DNA from: Octopus vulgaris
Lineage: Eukaryota
NCBI GenBank assembly: GCA_951406725.2
Contig: OX597815.1
Location: 45,818,001 to 45,882,000, forward strand
DNA length: 64,000 nucleotides
Direction of reading: 5' to 3'
The position numbers and the translations under genes are program-made. A model generated the notes under the pieces. It saw only the letters and a list, made by a program, of their open reading frames with translations, did not search any database and was not told where the DNA came from. Positions 56,181 through 64,000 of this stretch are shown here, one piece after another (the first letter of the stretch is position 1; each line of letters begins with the position of its first letter).

Positions 56181-56194
56181 CCCCCACACACCCA

Positions 56195-56392
56195 AATCGA
56201 AGAAAAAACAAAAAGATAAAACTAAAACACAAGGACGTGGTACATGCAAAATATTAAAAGACGCTCATGGAAGGAAAGAAAGGGTGTTTTACGTTACGAG
56301 CAAACCTCTTCTTCAGAAACAGGATACAGAAGAAAGTCCAAAAGAAAAGCAAGACGGAGGAAAAAAATCGCCAACAATCCACATGCAGTTAC
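56195..56392 (-). mobile_element. Short (TA)n-inserted pseudo-LTR-like element with damaged hammerhead (56286-56320)
   Basis: Minus strand: gttt CTGAAGA A gag-gtttg-ctc GTAA cg TA aaac (GAAA changed to GTAA). Confidence 0.65.
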
Positions 56393-56444
<52 letters not shown>

Positions 56445-56446
<2 letters not shown>

Positions 56447-57292
56447 CAAGGCCACTGCAGTTCCTCTTTCAGAGCTTCCTTGCAACTGGCAAACTTCCAA
56501 GAAAACCGAAGGAAGGTAAAATATGCCCCATTCATAAAGGAGGTAGCAGAGCAGAGGCCAAGAACTACAGACCTATCTCTCTGACCTCACACATCAGCAA
56601 GGTCATGGAACGAATAGTCAGAAGGAAACTAATCACCTTCCTTGAAGAAAATGACTTGCTGCCTGACATCCAACATGGTTTCCGACCAGGAAAAAGCTGC
56701 TTAACTCAGCTCCTACAACACTATGACTGGGTGCTGAAACGACTGCTCAACCACTCAAATGTGGAAGTGATATATCTCGACTTTGCAAAGGCCTTTGATA
56801 AAGTCGATCATGGAATGATATGTCACAAACTGCGTGATCTTGGTATAGTTGGAAAACTGGGAGAATGGTGAGCGGTGTTCTGCAGGGCACTGTTTTGGGA
56901 CCACTACTGTTCATAATGGCCTTCTCAGACATGCCCTCAGCCACGCAGAGAGCCACGATCACAAGTTATGCGGATGATACAAAAGTTTCACAGGCAATAC
57001 AGAACCCTGAAGACACTAAACACCTGCAATGTGAGCTGGACAAAATATACAAGTGGGCTGAAAAGAATAGCATGCAGTTCAATGCTGAAAAGTTTCAAGC
57101 TTTATGCTATCAGCATGCAAAACTAAATGCAATACCCAATGAATACACTGGACCCGGAGGGATTTCAATCCCAGAGGCACAATCAGTGCGTGACCTGGGT
57201 ATTTACATGAGTGATGACGCAACCTTTCATGTACATGTTGCTAAATTGGCAATGAATTGTAGACGACTGGCCGGATGGATTCTTAGAACCTT
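56445..57292 (+). mobile_element. CR1/Jockey-group LINE reverse transcriptase fragment with an internal deletion at about 56868
   Basis: NYRPISLTSH.SKVME, QHGFRPGKSC.TQL, YLDFAKAFDKVDH, then SGVLQGTVLGPLLF, YADDTK, FN.EK, RDLG. Confidence 0.92.
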
Positions 57293-57293
57293 T

Positions 57294-57800
57294 AGAATTT
57301 TCTTTTAAAGCAGTAGAGAAATAAGGCGGTAAAAAAAATGAAAAAAAAATGGGTGTATTAAATTAAATTAAGTTCAATTAAATTAAATTGAATTAAATTA
57401 ATTTAATTTAATTGAACTTAATTTAATTTAATTTTACCGCCTTATTTTACTCTACTGCTTTAAAAGAAAATTCTTTTACTGCTTTAATTCTTTCTTTTGG
57501 GCTTATCCGAGCATGAATGCTTCAATAGGAAAGCACACAACATTGTGTTAGCCTGGTACGCGATGATGTCAGTCTCTCTCTATTTTTCCCCTGACGAAGG
57601 AGGTATTATCTTGATGCACCCTAGTGCTTTAAACATAATAATACACCCCTGAAATGGCCATAAGGATTAAGTAAATATGGTTTCCTCTTCTTACCTATAA
57701 GGCTTCTCTTACTTGAATAATTTTATAAGATTTCTAAACGATGAACTTTTATTTTATTTACATGATATATATTATATATTTTTTATATGCCTCCTATATA
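57294..57800 (+). mobile_element. PLE pseudo-LTR-like fragment: inverted repeat 57294-57474 followed by an HHR at 57586-57666
   Basis: Arms agaattttcttttaaagcagtagag / ctctactgctttaaaagaaaattct. HHR is CTGACGA agg..gtattat...ataatac..cct GAAA tggcca TA. Confidence 0.65.
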
Positions 57801-58029
57801 TATATATATACTTTGATACTTTGATAGGTTTCGGCCATTATTGGCCCAGGCCATGTCTAACTTAATAGCACCAGATATGTCTAACTTAATAGCACCAGAT
57901 ATATTTTTCTATACCTATATATTTTTATATATTACTTTATATTATATTTTTACTTTCTAGATGTTGTAATGTTTGTTAAAAAATGTATTTTTCTGAATCG
58001 CTAAAGTATTAACTCTAAACCGTGATGAA

Positions 58030-58180
58030 CTTTTTTCTCGCACCTTATTATATGCTTATTGCTTGTACAGATGAATTATGTTCCATCTTGCGGGATGTTT
58101 AAATGTATATTCTATGATTAAATGCTCGAATTATGAAATGTTATGCGGATGACCTTGCATTTGTTTGTTCTTTAACCTTA
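58030..58180 (+). pseudogene. Small degraded reverse-transcriptase remnant
   Basis: Single frame FLAPYYMLIACTDELCSIL..*..*..CYADDLAFVCS. Confidence 0.4.
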
Positions 58181-58344
58181 GTTTGATATATTTGTCTCTT
58201 TCAATAGAGCACTTCTATAGCAGTCCTATTAATCTTTTTGTTCCTGACAAGAAACAATCACTGTATTATTGATATATATATATGTATATATATATGCATA
58301 TGTATGTTATGTATATACATATATATATATATGTATATATATAT

Positions 58345-58422
<78 letters not shown>

Positions 58423-59175
58423 ACATATATATGTATATATATACATACAATGGAAAATATTGACGTCCGGGTAACAAAAACAAAGCTTGAAGGGAATAGT
58501 AGTCATTTCCTTTGATTTCTAGATAGAAGCAAATAGAAAAAAAATATTACAGTGTAATTAAATAGGAAAAGTAGATGATTTCTAGTACATTATAAAAATG
58601 CTAATTCAGTGCATGGGGGTTTATTGTATTTTGTTCTTAGCCCGGAGTTATATCCCTTACCTTTCAAATTATATACTAACATATTACGCTATTAATCACA
58701 TATATCGCTTCATAAGACATCTAAGTTAAAATTCTCTTTAACTCTTTGCCTTTCCAAGCCATTTCCGTAAGTAAGTCCTAAACGTCCACGCTTCTTTTGT
58801 ATGTATGTCCATGCTTCTTTCCAGACTTTTAGTTTCCACGTGTTGAATACGTTGTGAGTAAAATATAGGTTTACTTTAATAAATCCCTAGTTACTCAGGT
58901 GGTTGAAAAAAATCGGGAATGTGTATCATAAGGCATATGATGCATGGACGCCAGAGAAATACGTATTATGTATCACGTAATACACAACACAGGTAAAGGA
59001 ATAAATACAACCTAAACTATGTGTAGAGTTGATATCTATAGGATAAAAGAAATAAAAATATTCATTAAAATTGCACAAATCACTTGAAGTATTAAAGGTG
59101 GAAACAAGAATAGGAGTAGAAAGTAAAAGAAGATGAGGAGTGCAGATTCAAAGATACATGAAGGATTAGACTTAC

Positions 59176-59281
59176 ACTGATAATTTTTGATAGTTTGCGA
59201 TAAACTTCAGACCCACTTTTCACCTCTAAGTTTCCTTCAGCCAAGACGACTCGCCAGTTTTTCAAATTGCCATAAAATGGC
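59176..59281 (-). CDS. S1A serine protease exon (PFYGNLKNWRVVLAEGNLEVKSGSEVYRKLSKIIS); the His57 exon and 5' end were not found in the window
   Basis: catttcag|...|gtaagt. Phase-0 join gives ...SKIIS-HPGY..., a typical S1A sequence preceding Asp102. Confidence 0.88.
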
Positions 59282-60469
59282 CTGAAATGTGGGAAAAAAT
59301 AGAAAAGAAGAAAATTAGAAATCAATAAAGAACAATAACAAAGAAATAGATTGATTGCTAATGAAAATCTCCTGATGGTTTCTATGAAATGTTTCAGATG
59401 ACTTCTAGCAATTTTTTAGTTTTTGCCTTTGACTTGTTCCAGTCATTGGCCAGTGGTTATGCTGAGGTACATACAACCCAGAAGGCTTTAGTCGAACAAA
59501 TCGATCCCAGGACTTATTTTTTTTAAAGTATGGTACTTATTCTATCAATTACTTTTACCGACCCACTAATTTACAGGGGCGTAGACAAATTTACACTGGC
59601 TGTTAAGCAGTGAGGTGTGTGTCAAGCACAAATACATACATACATATACGAAGGGCTTCCACACAGTTTCTGTCTACCAAAACCATTCAGAAGGCATTGG
59701 GCGGCTCGGAGATATAGTAGAAGATACTTGTTTAAGGTGTCGCGCAGTGGGACTGAACCCTAAACCACATGGTTGCAAAGCGAGCTTCTGAACACACAGC
59801 CATGTCTACAACTATGGGATAGAGGTAAACCTATTTTTCTCTCCCCCTATAAATTTGATTCTCCTTGATTATGTAAAAGAACCGCAAAAACCTGATGCTT
59901 AAGCAAACACATCAGCAACTCTACATCATATATTTATGAATAACGCACGTTTTATCCCGAAAACTCTTTAATACCGTCTTATAACAATCCAAAACTATTT
60001 ATAAAGCTAAGATGACGTACTCTGAGTTTACTCTCCAGGTTTAAGAAGTCCAGGAATCTTAAACAGTTATACAAAACATGAAATGCGAAGAAAACAAATG
60101 TAAATATATTCAGTACTTAATTTTCGTACACACATTCACTATTCTACACCTAAAACAAAAAAAGAGGAATTTCCCATTTACCAACAAAGTACAAAAGGCT
60201 CAATGGTCCTTATTTCTCCCATAGAGTTTAGATATCCTCAGTTAAAATATCAATGCACATGTCTGCTCTCTTTTATCGCACTTACTATGCCTTACTTCTG
60301 AACAACGCCTCTTCCACCACATAACTTTTAACTTTCTGAGTTCTCACAACTCCATATTTTGCTTTTTCCATTTAATAATCAACTAAGGATAATAGTAAGA
60401 AATAATAAAAAAAGATGTTTGCTCTTCTGAGTCCTTTCACTCTGAAAAAAAAAACCTCCACAAAAGACG

Positions 60470-61755
60470 AAAATATATGTCTGTGTAACTCCATGAATTT
60501 CTACATTTTACAATCGATTTGTACCAAATTTCATGCATAAGTTTCTGAAGTCCTATTACGCGCCGTAAGCTATTTTATTTTTCCGATTGTGGGCCCCCAA
60601 GGGTAGATAACCCCTCAAGCCTCTCTCTTGGAGTCAGCGGTATTACTGCATAAAGGCCCCATAGTCTCTGCAGTTTGCTTCCCATCTTCACCAAAATTAA
60701 TCTTTTGTCTGCTTATGGCCTACAAATAAAGTTGCAGACATGCACTTGCGCAGAAATTCAGGTAGATGACCCCTTGGGGAAGGTGGGGGGGTCAGTAAAG
60801 CGATTTTGATGAATGTTGAAGTTGATATCATCAATGCAAGCAAACATCATAACTGCTTGGGTTGGCGTTTGGTTTTCACGAAACGAGACATATTGATTAC
60901 CCATGGCTCACAGAGGAAGGTGAACACATAAACTTATCAAGGGGACTCCTGGTGGGGCACTAAGGCCCTTCGGTTTATATGTTGAAGTTCACATTAACAC
61001 TGTATTAGTACCTGGTAACTTTTGAAGTTTACGTTCGATTTTAACTTTATGGGACACATTGGTTACCCATTACCTAAATATGATGCTGAAAACACTGTCT
61101 ATACCCGGATCAAACAAGCGGACCCTCAGGGAGCAGTAAGGCCCGGCAAGTCATTTATTAAATTTGGCTATTGGTAGTCCCATAAAATGAATTTTGACTC
61201 AGTTGTTATTCATTTACTACAGATGAAGATACAGTAAGTCACATTTACTTCCATTTCAATTCAGTAAGAGGACCCCTTCGGGAATAATGAGCCTAAACCA
61301 TTAACCCATAAGAGTTCAAACTGCCACAATAAAACAGCATCAGAACCTCGAGAGTTTATTATGGTCATTGCCTGCCATGAGATAAAGTATCGCACATTCG
61401 TTATCACTTGAATTCTGAATGGGAACCATATAAGGAAGGCCCCCTTCAGAGCCACCAACTATAAATTGTTATCACTGGACTCGTCTTTGCTAGCAGCACC
61501 GCCGCTGAAACTTTTAAAAGTGAACGATTCAAGGCTCTCTTCAGGGCCAGCAAGATTAAATTGTTACCATCGGATTCATATTTGCTGGCAGCACCGCTGC
61601 AGAAATATTTCATAGTGAACGTTCAAAGACCCTCTTTAGGGCCAACACTTTGTAAATTGTTACTTCTATTGTCGTGTTTGATAGAAGTCTATCGGTTCAT
61701 TTGAACGGCTATTCCATTGAGAGTTATACCGGGCAACATCGGGTACGTCTGCTAG
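60470..61755 (+). mobile_element. Probable non-autonomous Helitron with an internal minisatellite of about 95 bp (61441-61663); 5' end uncertain
   Basis: 3' end taccgggcaacatcgggta..tgCTAG|t (hairpin plus CTAG), similar to the 3' end at 63237. Confidence 0.55.
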
Positions 61756-61818
<63 letters not shown>

Positions 61819-61881
61819 AAATATACATATAGAATACTTACATACATGTATATGTACATAATATATGTATACATATATGTC

Positions 61882-61915
<34 letters not shown>

Positions 61916-61917
<2 letters not shown>

Positions 61918-62122
61918 GGGAGAGTTTACGAAAAAACAAAAGACGAAGACAAGTGGTGTACAAAAAAAACAGATGTATTAGTATAACACTCAGAAATATA
62001 AAAGGTCTTTTACGTTTCGAGCCTACGCTCTTCTACAGAAAGGGACACAGAAAAAACAAGGAGAGAAACAAGGAGAGAAAAAAAAGGAGAGAAAAAAGGA
62101 GTGAAAAAAACAAGGAGAGAAA
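61916..62122 (-). mobile_element. Second copy of the short (TA)n-inserted element with CUGUAGA hammerhead variant (62007-62042)
   Basis: Reverse complement cttt CTGTAGA A gagcgtaggctc GAAA cg TA aaag; same tail as 54798-54975. Confidence 0.7.
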
Positions 62123-62134
62123 TATATATATATA

Positions 62135-62171
<37 letters not shown>

Positions 62172-62413
62172 ATATATACGTACACAGAGGCACATATATG
62201 ATCATCGTGGATTCGATTCACAATCTGGGCGTTGCTCTGCGATCATTTCGTCATCTGACATGTGGCACACGGTGTACCTATACAGGTAATGTCGATTTGA
62301 TGCGAGCTTATGTGTACACAAACACTTGATCACTATAAACAAATAATCTGTGTGGTTGTTCGCCAAGAAATTGCTGAACCCTCATACACCATCTAACGAC
62401 GAGAGAGTCCATG

Positions 62414-62444
<31 letters not shown>

Positions 62445-62567
62445 TGTATGTATGTATGTATGTATGTATGTTTTATGTATGTATTCTCATGCATATAGTT
62501 GCATATCTAGACATGCTCATATATATTTAAATGATAAACTTCTGGAAAGTCTTACAGATTTTTACAG

Positions 62568-62668
62568 TTCCAGTGGTGAATTGGATCTGTAGTCTTCGAC
62601 TTAACTTTCCGCTTCCTGGTTTTGAGAAGCCTAATTTCTCAAGATTGGTATTTAGGCAGTGTATATGC

Positions 62669-62739
<71 letters not shown>

Positions 62740-63237
62740 TACATATGTATATATATATACTTTATTAAAAAGCACCAAAAATATCACAAAAACTGTTAGA
62801 GTTTCACGTTTCCGTTCGTCGTACAGTTTTGTTTTGAAAAGTATATATATATCTCTCTCTATATAAACGGCAGTTTGTCTGTGTGTGTTTCTGTGTGTCT
62901 GTTTTCTCGTACCCTCACCCTGACCACGGCTTTCAACCGATTCTGATGAAACTTGACACACACATAGCCCAATGTCATAATTCAAAACTAACGCAGCGAA
63001 AATTTTGAAAAGTTCCCCCAGTTCTGAAAAAAAATCGATAAATTCGACATGGAGTCGAGAATCAGAAACACAAACCACAGACTGTCTAGGGGACGCAACT
63101 CGACCTTTTTTAACTCTCAAAAAAAAATTTACCATAATTTTTTTCCATTTTTTTGCTATTTTTTGGCTATAACTCTCTAAAAATGCTTTATAGTTATTTC
63201 CCTTACAAACCTGAGCAACGCCGGGCGATACTGCTAG

Positions 63238-63321
<84 letters not shown>

Positions 63322-63743
63322 CATATCCATATACATACATACATACATACATACATACATACATACATACATACATACATACATACATACATACATAATT
63401 GCCTGTTTAGACATTCTCATATATACTTAAATGATAAACTTCTGCAAAGTTTTGTAAGATGGCTTGGATCTGTAGTCTTGGAATCAGCTTTCTCTTTTCT
63501 GGTTTTGAGAAGCCTAATTTCTCAAGATTGGTACTTAGGCACTGTGTTACAGTATGTATGTATGTATGTATGTATGTATGTATGTATGTATGTATGTATG
63601 TATGAATGTATGTATGTATGTATGTATGTATGTATGTATGTATGTATGTATATATATATACACTTTTCTAAACAAAACTGTACGACGAACGGAAACGTGA
63701 AACACTAACAGTTTCTGTGATATTTTTGCTGCTTTTTAATAAA

Positions 63744-63781
<38 letters not shown>

Positions 63782-63897
63782 GTACATGCATACATGCATA
63801 TACACTGCCTAAATACCAATCTTGAGAAATTAGGCTTCTCAAAACCATGAAGCGGAAAGTTAAGTCGAAGACTACAGATCCAATTCATCACTGCAAC
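62568..63897. repeat. Inverted duplication (62568-62842 versus 63662-63897) with an older direct partial copy at about 63395-63545
   Basis: ttggatctgtagtcttcgacttaactttccgcttc...gagaagcctaatttctcaagattgg and its reverse complement. Confidence 0.85.
62852..63237 (+). mobile_element. Complete non-autonomous Helitron
   Basis: a|TCtctct...cctgagcaacgccgggcgatactgCTAG|t: 5' TC, subterminal GC hairpin, 3' CTAG, A|T insertion site, no TSD. Confidence 0.8.
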
Positions 63898-63932
63898 GGC
63901 GACCTCGGTGGAATTTACTGCAACAAGTAATG

Positions 63933-63984
<52 letters not shown>

Positions 63985-64000
63985 CAAAATAAGAAAATGG

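Noticed and set aside
57820-57901. Minus-strand ggcc...ggccGAAAcc hairpin next to a tandem duplication of about 24 bp
   Set aside because: No CUGANGA and no stem I, so it cannot be called an HHR.
59282-64000. Exon carrying the catalytic His (TAAHC) of the protease
   Set aside because: No such motif with splice sites was found; it presumably lies beyond the window.

Overview
AT-rich, microsatellite-dense animal genomic DNA. The SINE repertoire and (TA)n/(TATG)n load suggest an octopus (coleoid cephalopod); this is inference. Two convergent, spliced protein-coding genes are partly present. ARL6IP1 (+) has its last four coding exons at 4849-16972. A chymotrypsin-family S1A serine protease (-) has its last four coding exons at 38970-59281, with an unusual G189/L216/N226 pocket. 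Nearly all entries in the ORF track are microsatellite artefacts. The rest is a mosaic of tRNA-derived SINEs, RTE, CR1 and R4-like LINE fragments, Tc1/mariner, hAT, piggyBac and Tigger MITEs, non-autonomous Helitrons, a degenerate 28S rRNA fragment and several Penelope-like elements (PLEs) inserted in (TA)n. The most notable signal is a dense set of about a dozen hammerhead-ribozyme (HHR) or HHR-like motifs from several PLE/pseudo-LTR families. These include a perfect 126-bp palindrome encoding an HHR on each strand, HHRs with very long stem II, and two short-element families whose non-canonical cores (CUGUAGA and ACGACGA) recur in two copies each. Most lie inside the protease introns. Repeat coordinates were read by eye and are approximate.
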